Source: an uncultured Planctomycetaceae bacterium (lineage in GTDB: Bacteria > Planctomycetota > Planctomycetia > Isosphaerales > Isosphaeraceae). Taken from it: a DNA stretch of 64,000 nucleotides. The DNA lies in assembly GCA_963833985.1 (NCBI GenBank), contig CAWIAD010000001.1:3360001-3424000 (forward strand). The letters run 5' to 3'. Made by a program: the position numbers and the translations under genes. Shown here in pieces: positions 31,959 to 43,628 of this stretch (the first letter of the stretch is position 1; each line of letters begins with the position of its first letter). The notes under the pieces are model-generated. The model was not told where the DNA came from, did not search any database, and saw only the letters and a list, made by a program, of their open reading frames with translations.

Positions 31959-33144
31959 GTGACGAACCTGCTCATAGCGTCAATGGTACTGGCGATCTGG
32001 CTTTACCTGCTGATCGGACGCGGAGCGTTCTGGCGCGGCAGGGAGTTCGATGACGCCGTTCCGGCGGGGCAGGGCGTCGGCGATCCTTGGCCAGCGGTTA
32101 CGGCCGTGATTCCCGCGCGGGACGAGGCCGAAAGCGTAGGTCATACCGTCTCTGCGTTATTGCGGCAGGATTACCCTGGAACATTCAGCGTGATCGTGGT
32201 CGACGACCAAAGCCGGGACGGCACCGCACAGGTCGCGCGCGAGGCGGCAGTGGCGCTCGGCGCCGCCGACCGCCTCACCGTGTTGTCCGGCCGGACCCTG
32301 CCGGCGGGGTGGACGGGAAAGCTTTGGGCGCAACACCAGGGCGTCGAAGCCGCCGACGGCTGTGCCGCGGCCATCCGACTATCTCCTCCTGACCGATGCC
32401 GACATCGTCTACGTCCCGGATGAGCTGGCCAGGCTCGTCGCCCGCGCGCAATCCAGCGGTAACGTGCTGACCTCGCTGATGGCGAAGCTCCGCTGCGAAA
32501 GCTTCGCCGAGCGCATGTTCATTCCGGCATTCATCTTCTTTTTTCAAATGCTCTACCCGTTCGCCTGGGCGAACGATCCGCGCCGCAGCACGGCGGCCGC
32601 TGCCGGGGGCTGCATGCTGGTTCGCCGCCAAGCGTTGCGTGAGGCGGGCGGTATGGCTTCGATCCGCACCGCGTTGATCGACGACTGCGCGCTGGCAAAA
32701 AGGCTCAAAGCCCACGGCCGGATCTGGATCGGATTGACCGACGGCGTCAGCAGTGCACGCGCCTACCCGGCGCTGGAGGATATTCGCCACATGGTTTCGC
32801 GCACCGCCTATGCGCAACTTCGCTATTCGCCGCTCCTGCTGGCGGGAACCGTGTTGGGTCTGACGATTACCTATCTGGCCCCGGTACTGCTCGCGGTTTT
32901 CGCCGGCGGGACGGCGCAAATCCTCGGCATCGCAGCCTGGCTGCTGATGGCGTTGGCCTTCCAGCCGACGCTGCGCTTCTACCGGGTTTCGCCGCTATGG
33001 GGCCTGGCGTTGCCAGCGATTGCGGCGATCTATATGGCGTTCACCGTCGATTCCGCCTATCAGCATGCGCGCGGGCGCGGCGGCATGTGGAAGGGCCGCT
33101 CCCAGGCAAACGTACAAAGCGACAACGTCTCGGAATTGCGATGA
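31959..33144 (+). CDS. hpnB: Hopene-associated glycosyltransferase HpnB (frameshift near 32360)
   Basis: VIPARDEA, VVDDQS.DGT, GWTGKLWA, LTDADI, ALIDDCALA, GGMWKGR. Heads the hpn cluster. Confidence 0.88.
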
Positions 33145-34037
33145 ACGATGCGAGCATGAGCGACGCCGGCGATTGGCGGTCGGGAAAGGGACACCGGAAC
33201 GAGAATTTTCCGGTCGCCTCGTTCCTCATTCATCCGCGTCATCGCGCGATAATTCTGGCGTTCTACAATTTTGTGCGGACCGCCGACGACATTGCCGATC
33301 ATGCGACGCTCCAGCCGGCGGAGAAGCTCCGCCTGCTGGACCGCCTCGGCGCCGGACTTGTCGGCGACAACGACGCTGACGCGACCGCTATCCGGCTGCG
33401 CGAAGAACTCGCTGCGCGGACGATGTCGCCGCGGCACGCGCAGGATCTGCTGGCGGCGTTCAAGCTCGACGTGACGAAACTCCGCTATCGCGACTGGGAC
33501 GATCTCATCGGTTACTGCTCGCTGTCGGCGATGCCGGTCGGCCGCTTCGTGCTCGACGTGCATGGCGAGAGCCGCAGCACCTGGCCCGCCAACGACGCAT
33601 TGTGCGCGGCATTGCAGATCATCAACCACCTTCAGGACTGCAAGGACGATTATCACGATCTGGACCGGGTCTACATCCCGCTCGATTTGCTGGCGGCGCA
33701 CGGCATTGGCGCGGAAACGCTGAGCGAGCCACAGGCTTCGCCGCCGCTGCTGGCGGCCCTGCACGGTCTTGCCGAACGCACGGGGCGGCTCCTCGCCGAG
33801 AGCGACGTATTTCCGCTGCTGATCAACGACCGCCGCCTCGCGCTCGAAGTTTCCGTCATCAATACGCTGGCGCATCGGCTCACGCGGTTGCTGGTGGCAC
33901 GCGACCCGTTGAGCGAGCGCGTTCATCTTTCCATGCCCGCCGTCGCCGGCCTGACGCTCCTCGGCATCGTTGGCGGCGCGACCCGCCGGCTCGGCCGGCG
34001 GCCGTCGACCACGACACAAAAGCCGCGGGGTGCGTAA
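33141..34037 (+). CDS. hpnC: Squalene synthase HpnC
   Basis: ENFPVAS, ADDIADH, SAMPVGRFVL, LQIINHLQDC. Confidence 0.93.
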   Translation: MNDASMSDAGDWRSGKGHRNENFPVASFLIHPRHRAIILAFYNFVRTADDIADHATLQPAEKLRLLDRLGAGLVGDNDADATAIRLREELAARTMSPRHAQDLLAAFKLDVTKLRYRDWDDLIGYCSLSAMPVGRFVLDVHGESRSTWPANDALCAALQIINHLQDCKDDYHDLDRVYIPLDLLAAHGIGAETLSEPQASPPLLAALHGLAERTGRLLAESDVFPLLINDRRLALEVSVINTLAHRLTRLLVARDPLSERVHLSMPAVAGLTLLGIVGGATRRLGRRPSTTTQKPRGA

Positions 34038-34859
34038 GTGACGAATCTCAGTCAGGCGGCCCAGACGGCCGCCCGCAGCTCATTTTACACCGGCATGCGG
34101 ATCCTGCCGCGCGCACAGCGCGAGGCGATGTATGAAATTTATTCGTTCTGCCGCAAGGTCGACGACATCGCTGACGATTTTGGCCCGCGCGAGGGACGGC
34201 GCGCGCAATTGGCACGGTGGCGGGCGGACATCGACGCGGTCTATCGCGGTGCCGCGCCGCCGGCGCTTGCCGGGGTTGCCGAAGCGGTGCGCGGCTTCGG
34301 CCTGCAACGCGAGGATTTCATCGCCATTATCGACGGCATGGAGATGGACGTAATCGCCGACATCCGCGCGCCGGACCAGGCGACACTCGATCTCTATTGC
34401 GATCGCGTCGCATGCGCGGTCGGGCGCCTTTCCGTGCGCGTGTTCGGCATGGAACACGAGGCCGGCATCGCACTCGCCCATCATCTCGGCCGGGCGCTCC
34501 AGCTCACAAATATTCTCCGCGATCTGGACGAGGACGCTTCGCTCGGCCGGCTGTATCTGCCGCGCGAAAAGCTGCAGGCGGCGGGTATCACGTCGACCGC
34601 GCCGGCCGAAGTGCTGGCGCATCCGTCGATCGGCAAGCCCTGCGCCGCCATCGTCGCGCTCGCGGAGGCCGAGTTTCATGCCGCCAGGGCGATCATGGCG
34701 AAGAGTCCGCGCCGTGTCGTGCGGGCGCCCCGCATCATGGGCGAGGCTTATCACGTCATTCTGGATACCCTGGTCGCCCGCGGCTTTGCGCCACCGCGTG
34801 AGCGGGTTCGTCTCCCGCGCGCAAAGCTCATCTTCATCGTGTTGCGCAACCTCGTGTGA
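34038..34859 (+). CDS. hpnD: Presqualene diphosphate synthase HpnD
   Basis: SSFYTGMRILP, FCRKVDDIAD, YCDRVACAVG, LQLTNILRDLDED. Confidence 0.93.
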   Translation: MTNLSQAAQTAARSSFYTGMRILPRAQREAMYEIYSFCRKVDDIADDFGPREGRRAQLARWRADIDAVYRGAAPPALAGVAEAVRGFGLQREDFIAIIDGMEMDVIADIRAPDQATLDLYCDRVACAVGRLSVRVFGMEHEAGIALAHHLGRALQLTNILRDLDEDASLGRLYLPREKLQAAGITSTAPAEVLAHPSIGKPCAAIVALAEAEFHAARAIMAKSPRRVVRAPRIMGEAYHVILDTLVARGFAPPRERVRLPRAKLIFIVLRNLV

Positions 34860-36106
34860 TGAGCGGAACGGTTCATATCATCGGCGCCGGTCTCGCCGGC
34901 CTGTCTGCGGCGGTGCGGCTCACGTCGCGGAGCCGGAACGTCGTCGTGCATGAGGCGACCGCTTTTGCCGGCGGCCGCTGCCGTTCGTATCACGACGCGG
35001 CGGTCGGCATGACGATCGACAATGGCAATCACCTCCTGCTGTCGGGCAATCGCGCCGCACTCGATTATCTTCGCAGTATCGGCGCCGAAGATCGGCTGAT
35101 CGGTCCGGCTACGGCAGAGTTTTCCTTTGCCGATCTGGCGAGCGCCGAGCGCTGGACGCTGCGGTTCAACAATGGCCGATTGCCATTCTGGATTTTCGAT
35201 CCCGCGCGGCGCGTGCCCGGCACGCGCGTGCTCGATTATCTGCCACTGGCGCGGCTGCTCTGGGCGCCGGCCGGCAAGGCGGTGAGCGAGGTCATCGCGT
35301 GCCAGGGCAATCTCTATCAAAGATTGGTCGAGCCGCTGCTGCTCGCGGCGCTGAATATCGATGCCCCACAGGGATCAGCGCGGCTTGCGGGAGCGATCAT
35401 TCGCGAGACTCTCGCCGTCGGCGGGCAGGCGTGCCGCCCGCTGATCGCGCGCGAAGGTTTGGGTTCGACGCTGGTTGAACCGGCACTTCAAACGCTGGCG
35501 CAACACAGCGCGACGGTGCGGATGGAGCATCAGTTGCGCGGGATACGCTTCGCGCCCGAGCGGGTGGAAGCGCTCGATTTCGGCAGCGAGACAGTCGCTC
35601 TCAATCAAGGCGACGCAGTCGTCCTGACGGTGCCGCCGTATGCCGCCGCGGCATTGGTGCCCGGCCTCGACGTGCCGACGGCGTTCCACGCCATCGTCAA
35701 CGCGCATTTCCGCATCGAGCCGCCGACCGGGCAGCCGCCGATCCTCGGCGTAATCAACGGCACGGTGCAATGGCTCTTTGCCTTTCCCGGCCGGCTGTCC
35801 GTCACCATCAGCGCCGGTGACCGGCTCATCGACTCGCCGCGGGAGGAATTGGCGAAAACGATCTGGAACGAGGTCGCTCGCTTGACCGGACTTTCGCCCA
35901 CGCTGCCGCCATGGCAGATCGTGCGCGAGCGTCGCGCGACTTTCGCCGCGACACCGGCGCAAGACGCAAAACGCCCCGGCGCGGCAACCAAATGGAGCAA
36001 TCTGGTGCTCGCCGGCGATTGGACAGACACCGGCCTGCCCGCTACCATCGAAGGCGCGATCCGATCCGGCAATCGCGCCGCCGACATGATCGGGAAGCTG
36101 TTATGA
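34856..36106 (+). CDS. hpnE: Hydroxysqualene dehydroxylase HpnE
   Basis: IIGAGLAGL, GGRCRS, IDNGNHLLL, LAGDWTDTGLPATIEGAIRSG. Confidence 0.93.
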   Translation: MMSGTVHIIGAGLAGLSAAVRLTSRSRNVVVHEATAFAGGRCRSYHDAAVGMTIDNGNHLLLSGNRAALDYLRSIGAEDRLIGPATAEFSFADLASAERWTLRFNNGRLPFWIFDPARRVPGTRVLDYLPLARLLWAPAGKAVSEVIACQGNLYQRLVEPLLLAALNIDAPQGSARLAGAIIRETLAVGGQACRPLIAREGLGSTLVEPALQTLAQHSATVRMEHQLRGIRFAPERVEALDFGSETVALNQGDAVVLTVPPYAAAALVPGLDVPTAFHAIVNAHFRIEPPTGQPPILGVINGTVQWLFAFPGRLSVTISAGDRLIDSPREELAKTIWNEVARLTGLSPTLPPWQIVRERRATFAATPAQDAKRPGAATKWSNLVLAGDWTDTGLPATIEGAIRSGNRAADMIGKLL

Positions 36107-38089
36107 TTGAAGACACCATCGAACGAAGCACGGAGCGGCCCGTGCCTTCTCCTGCAGCGGACGGTGTGCTCGAGGAGCGCATTCAAAAGGCGACGCACGC
36201 GCTGTTGGCACAGCAGCGTCCCGACGGCCATTGGGTGTTCGAGCTCGAGGCCGACGCCACTATTCCGGCTGAATACGTGCTGCTACGGCACTATCTCAGC
36301 GAGCCGGTCGATGCGGCGCTGGAAGCCAAGATCGCGGTCTATCTGCGCCGCATCCAGGGCGACCACGGCGGCTGGCCGTTGTTTCGCGACGGCGCGCTCG
36401 ACATCAGCGCGACGGTGAAGGCCTATTTCGCCCTCAAGATGATCGGCGAATTCCGTCGACGCGGATCACATGCGTCGTGCCCGCGAAGCGGTCCGCGCCC
36501 GCGGCGGCGCGGAGCGCGCCAACGTTTTCACACGCATCATGCTGGCGCTGTTCGGGTTCATCCCGTGGCGGGCCGTGCCGGTGATCCCGGTCGAGGTCAT
36601 GCTGTTGCCGCGGTGGTTTCCCTTCCATCTCGACAAGATTTCATACTGGAGCCGCACCGTTATCGTCCCGCTCTTGGTGCTGATGGTAAAGAAGCCGCGC
36701 GCGCGTAACGCGAAGAACGTCCGCATCGATGAGCTTTTCGTCGCGCCGCCGAGCAGCATCGGCCCGACGCCGAAAGCGCCGCAGCAGAAAGCGTCATGGT
36801 TCTGGTTCTTCCGCGGCGTCGACAACGTCCTGCGCGCGACCGAGCCGATGTTCCCTAAAGCGACGCGCCAGCGCGCCATCGACGGTGCCGTCGCCTGGAC
36901 GATCGAACACCTCAATGGCGAGGATGGGCTCGGCGCGATTTTTCCGGCGATGGCGAATAGCGTGATGATGTTTGACGCGCTCGGCTATGCGGAAGATCAT
37001 CCGCATCGCGCCATCGCGCGCAAATCGATCGAGAAGCTTTTGGCCGTGCACGAGCACGAGGCGTATTGCCAGCCCTGCGTCTCGCCGGTCTGGGATACCG
37101 GGCTTGCCTGCCACGCTTTGCTGGAGGTCGGCGGCGAGCACGCGGTCGCGCAGGTCAAGCGTGGCCTCGATTGGCTGGTGCCGAAGCAAGTGCTCGATGT
37201 CCGCGGCGACTGGATCGCAAGGCGGCCCGATATCCGCCCCGGCGGCTGGGCCTTCCAATACGCCAACCCGCACTATCCCGATGTCGACGATACCGCCGTC
37301 GTCGCGATGGCGATGGATCGCGTGCAGGACCTGTCCGGCCGTGCCGACTATCGCGATGCGATCGCCCGCGCTCGCGAATGGATCGTCGGCATGCAGAGCG
37401 AGAACGGCGCCTGGGGCGCCTTCGATGCCGACAACGAATATCATTATCTCAACAACATACCCTTCGCCGACCATGGCGCGCTGCTCGATCCCCCGACCGA
37501 GGATGTCACCGCGCGCTGCCTGTCGATGCTTGCGCAGTTCGGCGAAACCGCGGCGAGCAGCGCGGCGGTCGCACGCGGCGTCGACTATCTGCGGCAGACA
37601 CAACTCGCCGAAGGAAGCTGGTACGGCCGCTGGGGCCTGAATTACATCTACGGCACCTGGTCGGTGCTTTGCGCCCTCAACGCCGTCGGCGTCGATCATG
37701 GCGCGCCGGAGATGCGCAGGGCGGTCGACTGGCTTGTCGCCATTCAGAACGACGACGGCGGCTGGGGCGAAGACGGCGCAAGTTACAAGCTCGACTACCG
37801 CGGTTACGAGCAGGCGCCGTCAACGGCATCGCAGACGGCCTGGGCGCTGCTCGGGCTGATGGCCGCCGGCGAGATCGATCATCCGGCGGTTGCGCGTGGC
37901 ATCGGCTATCTGTCCGAGACCCAGGGCGCCGATGGTTTCTGGGACGAGCCGCGTTATACCGCGACGGGCTTTCCCCGCGTGTTCTACCTGCGCTACCACG
38001 GCTACGCGAAATTCTTCCCGGTATGGGCCATGGCGCGTTACCGCAATCTCAAAAGCGGCAATGCACAGGCGGTAGCCTACGGGATGTAG
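36103..38089 (+). CDS. shc: Squalene-hopene cyclase (frameshift near 36450)
   Basis: GHWVFELEADATIPAEY, catalytic YPDVDDTA motif, QW repeats (QSENGAW, QNDDGGW). Confidence 0.96.
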
Positions 38090-38121
38090 CGGCTTACTGA
38101 TGTCGGGATGTAAAAGTCATT

Positions 38122-38152
38122 TTCAGGGCCGGCCTGTTGGACCGGCCCTGAA
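38122..38152. terminator. Hairpin between the convergent shc and hpnH genes
   Basis: ttcagggccgg-cctgttgga-ccggccctgaa, a perfect 11-bp stem. Confidence 0.6.
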
Positions 38153-38164
38153 TGATCGGCGAGG

Positions 38165-39328
38165 CTAGGCGGCGCTGACGGTCGGCTTCGGTGCTGCCTT
38201 CGCCGCTTTTTCGCGCGCTTCATTGGCCCGGATCGCCGACAGCGTCTGCTGCACTTGGCCGTCGAAGACGTATTGTGCCGGACGCTGATTTTGGAGCGAG
38301 ATTTCCGGAGCCATCGGCCCTTCGGTTTTCACCCCGCGCCAGGCGATCGCCAGCGCTTCGAGCGGGTGATCTATCATTGCTTCCGTCGCGGTCGCCTCGT
38401 AGCCGCAATGCGCCATGCAGTTCGCGCACTTCTCGTAGCGGCCGGTTCCATAGGCGTCCCAGTCGGTGGTCTCCATCAGGTCCTTGAAGGTCTTCGCGTA
38501 ACCTTCGCCGAGCAGATAGCAGGGCTTCTGCCAGCCGAAGATGTTGCGTGTCGGCATGCCCCAGGGAGTGCAGTGGAATTCCTGGTTGCCGGCGAGAAAG
38601 TCGAGGAACATGGCGGAGTGGGTTAGATTCCACTTCTTGCCTTTGCCAAGCGCGAAGACGTTGCGGAACAGTTCTTTGGTGTTGCGGCGAGCAAGGAAGT
38701 GCTGCTGGTCCGGCGCTCGCTCATAGGCATAGCCGGGGGAGATCGAAACCCCGACGCCGAGCTCCTCGGCGAGATCGAGAAATTTGGCGATATCGGCGGG
38801 TGGATGGCCGTCGAAGATCGTGCAGTTGACGTTGACCGCAAAACCTTTGGCCTTGGCGGCCTTTATCGCGGACACGGCCTTTTCGAAGCCGCCTTCCAGG
38901 CACACCGATTTGTCGTGATGCTCTTTGATTCCGTCGAGATGCACGGAGAAGAACAAATAGGGCGACGGCTCGAACACGTGCAGTTTCTTCTCGAGCAGCA
39001 GCGCATTGGTGCACAGCGAGACGAATTTCTTGCGTGCGACGATGCCTTTGACGATCTCGCCGATCTCCTTGTGGATCAGGGGTTCGCCGCCCGGAATGGC
39101 GACCATCGGCGCGCCGCATTCGTCGACTGCGTCGAGGCATTCCTGAACCGACAGGCGTTTGTTCAGGATCGCGTCAGGATAATCGATTTTGCCGCAACCG
39201 AAGCAGGCGAGATTGCATCGGAACAATGGTTCGAGCATCAGGACCAGCGGGTAGCGCTTGCGTCCGGCCAGCCGCTGCCGAAGCACGTAAGCGCCGACGA
39301 CCGCCTTCTGTCGTAGTGATACAGCCAC
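38165..39328 (-). CDS. hpnH: Adenosylhopane synthase, radical SAM HpnH
   Basis: YPLVLMLEPLFRCNLACFGCGKI (CxxxCxxC), PGYAYERAPDQ, CANCMAHCGYE. Confidence 0.95.
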   Translation of the reverse strand: MAVSLRQKAVVGAYVLRQRLAGRKRYPLVLMLEPLFRCNLACFGCGKIDYPDAILNKRLSVQECLDAVDECGAPMVAIPGGEPLIHKEIGEIVKGIVARKKFVSLCTNALLLEKKLHVFEPSPYLFFSVHLDGIKEHHDKSVCLEGGFEKAVSAIKAAKAKGFAVNVNCTIFDGHPPADIAKFLDLAEELGVGVSISPGYAYERAPDQQHFLARRNTKELFRNVFALGKGKKWNLTHSAMFLDFLAGNQEFHCTPWGMPTRNIFGWQKPCYLLGEGYAKTFKDLMETTDWDAYGTGRYEKCANCMAHCGYEATATEAMIDHPLEALAIAWRGVKTEGPMAPEISLQNQRPAQYVFDGQVQQTLSAIRANEAREKAAKAAPKPTVSAA

Positions 39329-39379
39329 AATTCCATCCTTCTTCTTGGTATTGACGTTGTTGCCGCCCCGGCGTCGCGA

Positions 39380-40336
39380 TCAAACCTTGGCGGTCGCCCG
39401 CTGTGCTGTCCTGACATCCGTCAGTTCGGGCGGCAGACGAAATTCGATGGTTTCCTGGCGGCCGGTCAGTTCCGCGACGTCAACCGGCCCGAGCCGGCGC
39501 AACGCGTCGATAACGTCCTCCACCAAAACCTCCGGCGCCGAAGCGCCGGCCGTGATGCCGACCGTATGCGCACCGTTGAACCATTCCTGCTGCACCTCAC
39601 TGCCGTCGGCGATGAGGTAACAGGGAATTCCCGCCTCGTTGCCGATCTCGCGCAGGCGATTCGAATTCGAACTGTTCTTGGCGCCCACGACCAGAATAAC
39701 GTCCACCAGCGACGATAGTTCGCGCACCGCGGTCTGTCGGTTTTGCGTCGCGTAGCAGATGTCGCGCGTTTCCGGTCCGACAATATCGGTGAACTTCCCA
39801 TGCAACGCGGCGATGATCCCGCGGGTGTCGTCGACGCTGAGCGTCGTCTGCGTCACGTAAGCGACCGGCGTGTCGTGGGGAATATCCAGAGTGTCGACGT
39901 CGTTCTCGGTCTGCACGAGTGTCACCGGCTCGGATATCTGCCCCATCGTGCCCTCGACCTCCGGATGCCCGGCATGGCCGATCAGAATAAGGCGGCGCCC
40001 CTGCGCCACGTAACGCTTGCCTTGATTGTGCACCTTCGTGACCAGCGGGCAGGTGGCGTTCAGCACCGGGAGTTCGCGCTGTGCCGCTTCCTCCTCAACG
40101 CTCTTGGCGACGCCATGGGCGCTAAAGATGGTGACCGCATGCGGTGGAACCTCGGAGAGGTCCTCGACGAAATGCGCGCCTTTGGCCTTTAGGCTCTCAA
40201 CGACGTGCTTGTTGTGCACGATTTCGTGGCGCACGTAGACCGGGGGACCGTATTTTTGCAGGGCGCGCTCGACGATCTCGATCGCACGGACCACGCCCGC
40301 GCAAAAACCGCGCGGCTGAGCGAGTATCACCTTCAT
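39380..40336 (-). CDS. ispH: 4-hydroxy-3-methylbut-2-enyl diphosphate reductase
   Basis: [41 protein letters not shown]. Confidence 0.96.
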   Translation of the reverse strand: MKVILAQPRGFCAGVVRAIEIVERALQKYGPPVYVRHEIVHNKHVVESLKAKGAHFVEDLSEVPPHAVTIFSAHGVAKSVEEEAAQRELPVLNATCPLVTKVHNQGKRYVAQGRRLILIGHAGHPEVEGTMGQISEPVTLVQTENDVDTLDIPHDTPVAYVTQTTLSVDDTRGIIAALHGKFTDIVGPETRDICYATQNRQTAVRELSSLVDVILVVGAKNSSNSNRLREIGNEAGIPCYLIADGSEVQQEWFNGAHTVGITAGASAPEVLVEDVIDALRRLGPVDVAELTGRQETIEFRLPPELTDVRTAQRATAKV

Positions 40337-40812
40337 CCATGACCTCCAGGCGGGGCACCGGACTGCGGCGTTGCGCCGCAACGGGAGCCGTCCGTCGCTT
40401 TCACGTCCAATACTTTGGCTACATCATCGTGACAACCAAATTGGGCCACGATGCCACGCCAATCAACCCCCAATCGAACCCGTTTAGGGTTGTCGCTTCC
40501 GAGCCTTACCAATTCCACCATGGAGCGGAAACGCGCCATTTGTCCAGTTTACCATGCCCGGGGAACATACCAGCCTTCGCGGATCCCTTGGTCCCGCCCC
40601 TCCGAACTAGGAAAATATCCTGATTCACTTTTCGGGCATTTCAGGGCATTTAATGGCGCCCCCTAGCTTGCCCGGGCATGCCGTGACCGATATGCACGCG
40701 GATTGGCCCCGTCGCGCGACCGCAGTGGCGCGCGCCATCATGTCAAACGCACGCGCTTTCATTTTGTTCTTATGTTAACCCCTCAAACGCCGGTTTCCCA
40801 TAATTAGAGCCC

Positions 40813-43452
40813 ATGAAAACGATCACCGCTTTCGTCGTTCGCGCGATTGGCTTTTGCACGCTCTACCCCCGCCGGGTCATCGTGGGGGCGATTATCGTTA
40901 CCATCGTGTCGTCGTGGTATGCGGCAACGCATTTCTCCGTGACCACCGACATTAACCAGCTGCTCTCGACCAGTAGTCCGGGACGGCAGCGGGAATTGGC
41001 GTTCGAAAAAGCCTTCCCGCAATTCGACACCATCGTCGCGGTCGTCGACGCACCCACCCCGGAATTGGCCCAGGAAGCGACCGCCGCGCTGGTGGCGCGA
41101 CTGGCGCCGGAGAAAAATTTTTTCAAATCAATCATCGAGCTTCAGGGCGGCGTTTTTTTTGCGCAGAACGGCCTGCTGTTCCAGAGCGTCGAACAGCTCG
41201 GGCCGCAGATGAATTTGCTTACTCAGGCGCAGCGGCTCATTCAGGTGCTGGCAGGCGATCCGAGCCTGCGCGGCGTGGTTCGCGCATTGCAGTTCGGCCT
41301 CCTGGGCGTGCAATCCGGCAAAATTAGTCTCGACAACATGATCTGGCCGCTCACGCTCGCGGCCAACACGATCGACCAGGTGAACGAGAACAGGCCTGCA
41401 AGCTTTTCCTGGCAGGCGCTGATGCAGGGACACGAGCCAAAATCCTCCGAGCTTACCCGATTTTTGCAAATCGTCGCCGTGCTCGATTTCTCCGAACTGC
41501 AGCCTGGCCTCAAGGCAACCGGCGCCATTCGCCAGGCCGCAATCGACCTCGACCTCGCGTCCAACTATCAGGCGCGCGTGCGTCTCACCGGCCCCGTGCC
41601 GATGAACGACGACCAGTTCGCGACCATCAAAGAAAATGCCGGGCTCAACGCGACCGTGACGATTGCGGTCGTCCTCTTCATCCTGTGGTTGGCGCTGCGC
41701 TGGGGCCGGATCATCCTCGCGGTTTTTCTCAGCCTCGTCGTCGGACTCTCGGTGACCGCGGCGCTCGGCATCGTCATGGTCGGCGCCTTCAACCTGATTT
41801 CAGTTTACTTCGCCGTGCTGTTCGTCGGTCTCGGCGTCGATTTCGGAATTCAGTTCAGCGTCCGCTATCGAGCCGAACGGCACGAAGTCGATGGTCTCTT
41901 CGAAGCGCTGCTGCATGCCGGCCGGCGCGCCGGCGCGCCGCTGACGCTGGCGGCGCTCGCCACGGCCGCCGGCTTCCTCGCTTTCCTGCCGACAGCGTAT
42001 CGCGGGCTGTCCGAGCTCGGCCTGATTGCCGGTGTTGGCATGTTGATCGCGTTCCTCACCAGCATCACCTTGTTGCCGGCCCTGTTGAGCCTGCTCAAGC
42101 CGGGCAGCGAGCCGCGGCCGCTCGGCTACACGTACCTGGCACCCGTCGACGAATTCCTTGAGCGCCATCGCGTGCCGATCCTCATCGTGACCGTACTCAT
42201 CATCCTCGGGGCGTCGCCGCTGCTCCTTTGGCTGCGTTTCGATTTCAATCCAATGAATCTGCGTGACCCCAGAACGGAATCGGTCGCGACCTATCTTCAA
42301 CTCGAACGTGATCAGGCAGGCGGTAACAACGATGTCGCCGCTCTGGCGCCAACGCTGGCGGAGGCGGACGCAGTTGCCGTCAAGCTTCGGGCGCTGCCGC
42401 AAGTCGCGCGGGTAACGACGCTTTCCACGTTCATCCCGACGGATCAGGACAAAAAACTGCCGTTGATCAAGAGTGCGGCGGAGACGCTTGATCCGGCTCT
42501 TTCGCCGGCCACGATTAGCCCGCCGCCGACGGACGCAGATAACATCTCGGTCATCAACAGTACGGTCAATGCGCTCAATCAGTTTGCTGCCGCTTCGCCG
42601 GGTCCCGGTGCCGACGCCGCCAAGCGTCTCGCGGCGGCGATGGCGACGCTTGCCAAGGGCGATCAGGCGGCCCGCCAGCGCGCCGACACGGCTTTTGTCC
42701 AGCCGCTGAAAACGGCGCTCGACAACCTGCGCGGGCTTCTCAAGGCGCAAGAGGTTACCCGGAACAACCTGCCGGCGGAACTGGTGGGCCAATGGATCAC
42801 AAAAGACGGGCAGGCGCGCCTGGATGTGGCGCCGAGCGGCAATGCGCGCGACAACGCGACGCTGCGGACGTTTGCGCGCGCCGTGCAGAAAGTCGAGCCA
42901 AACGCGACCGAGGGGCCAATTTCGATTCTCGAAGCACGCCGCACGATCATTACCGCGTTTCTCGAGGCCGGCGCCTGGGCTCTGCTGTCGATCGCCGTCC
43001 TGCTGTGGATCACATTGCGGCGGCTGGGCGACGTGCTGCTGACGCTCATTCCGTTGCTGGTGGCCGGAGTGGTCACGCTGGAAATCTGCGTCTTGATCGA
43101 TATGCCGCTGAACTTCGCCAACATTATCGCGCTGCCGCTGCTGCTCGGTGTCGGCGTGGCCTTCAAAATTTACTACATCATGGCTTGGCGCGAGGGACAG
43201 ACCAGATTGTTGCAATCGGTGCTGACGCGCGCGGTCACGTTCAGCGCGTGCGCGACGGCGACCGCCTTCGGCAGTCTTTATTTCTCAAGCGATCCCGGCA
43301 CCTCGAGCATGGGCAAGCTGCTTGCCATCTCGCTGCTGACGACGATGACGGCAGCAGCGTTCTTTCAGCCGGTGCTGATGGGCAAGCCGCGTGAGAAAGA
43401 ACCCCGGAAGCACCAGCAGGAGAGCCCGGCGGCCGCAGTGCCGGCGAAGTGA
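40813..43452 (+). CDS. hpnN: Hopanoid transporter HpnN (MMPL/RND family)
   Basis: Two MMPL-like repeats with GLGVDFGIQF and GVGVAFKIYY, located in the hpn cluster. Confidence 0.92.
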   Translation: MKTITAFVVRAIGFCTLYPRRVIVGAIIVTIVSSWYAATHFSVTTDINQLLSTSSPGRQRELAFEKAFPQFDTIVAVVDAPTPELAQEATAALVARLAPEKNFFKSIIELQGGVFFAQNGLLFQSVEQLGPQMNLLTQAQRLIQVLAGDPSLRGVVRALQFGLLGVQSGKISLDNMIWPLTLAANTIDQVNENRPASFSWQALMQGHEPKSSELTRFLQIVAVLDFSELQPGLKATGAIRQAAIDLDLASNYQARVRLTGPVPMNDDQFATIKENAGLNATVTIAVVLFILWLALRWGRIILAVFLSLVVGLSVTAALGIVMVGAFNLISVYFAVLFVGLGVDFGIQFSVRYRAERHEVDGLFEALLHAGRRAGAPLTLAALATAAGFLAFLPTAYRGLSELGLIAGVGMLIAFLTSITLLPALLSLLKPGSEPRPLGYTYLAPVDEFLERHRVPILIVTVLIILGASPLLLWLRFDFNPMNLRDPRTESVATYLQLERDQAGGNNDVAALAPTLAEADAVAVKLRALPQVARVTTLSTFIPTDQDKKLPLIKSAAETLDPALSPATISPPPTDADNISVINSTVNALNQFAAASPGPGADAAKRLAAAMATLAKGDQAARQRADTAFVQPLKTALDNLRGLLKAQEVTRNNLPAELVGQWITKDGQARLDVAPSGNARDNATLRTFARAVQKVEPNATEGPISILEARRTIITAFLEAGAWALLSIAVLLWITLRRLGDVLLTLIPLLVAGVVTLEICVLIDMPLNFANIIALPLLLGVGVAFKIYYIMAWREGQTRLLQSVLTRAVTFSACATATAFGSLYFSSDPGTSSMGKLLAISLLTTMTAAAFFQPVLMGKPREKEPRKHQQESPAAAVPAK

Positions 43453-43462
43453 AAGCGCCGGC

Positions 43463-43628
43463 CTAAGTGTGGTGGATTTGAAGTTCCTAAGATCCGACCG
43501 CAAACTCGCGTAGGAATTTCAAATCCAAAAACCACACTAGAATCATAAATTTGCTAGTGTCCCTTTGATCCCGAAGTTCGCATCAGAGGTTCGACAAACA
43601 CTTGCGAACTTCGGAATCGGGACACTAG
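43463..43628. repeat. Intergenic double-hairpin element bounded by CTAG-like ends (MITE/REP-like)
   Basis: agtgtggtggatttgaagttccta...taggaatttcaaatccaaaaaccacactag, linker aatcataaatttg, then ctagtgtccc...ccgaagttcgca...tgcgaacttcgg...gggacactag. Confidence 0.75.
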
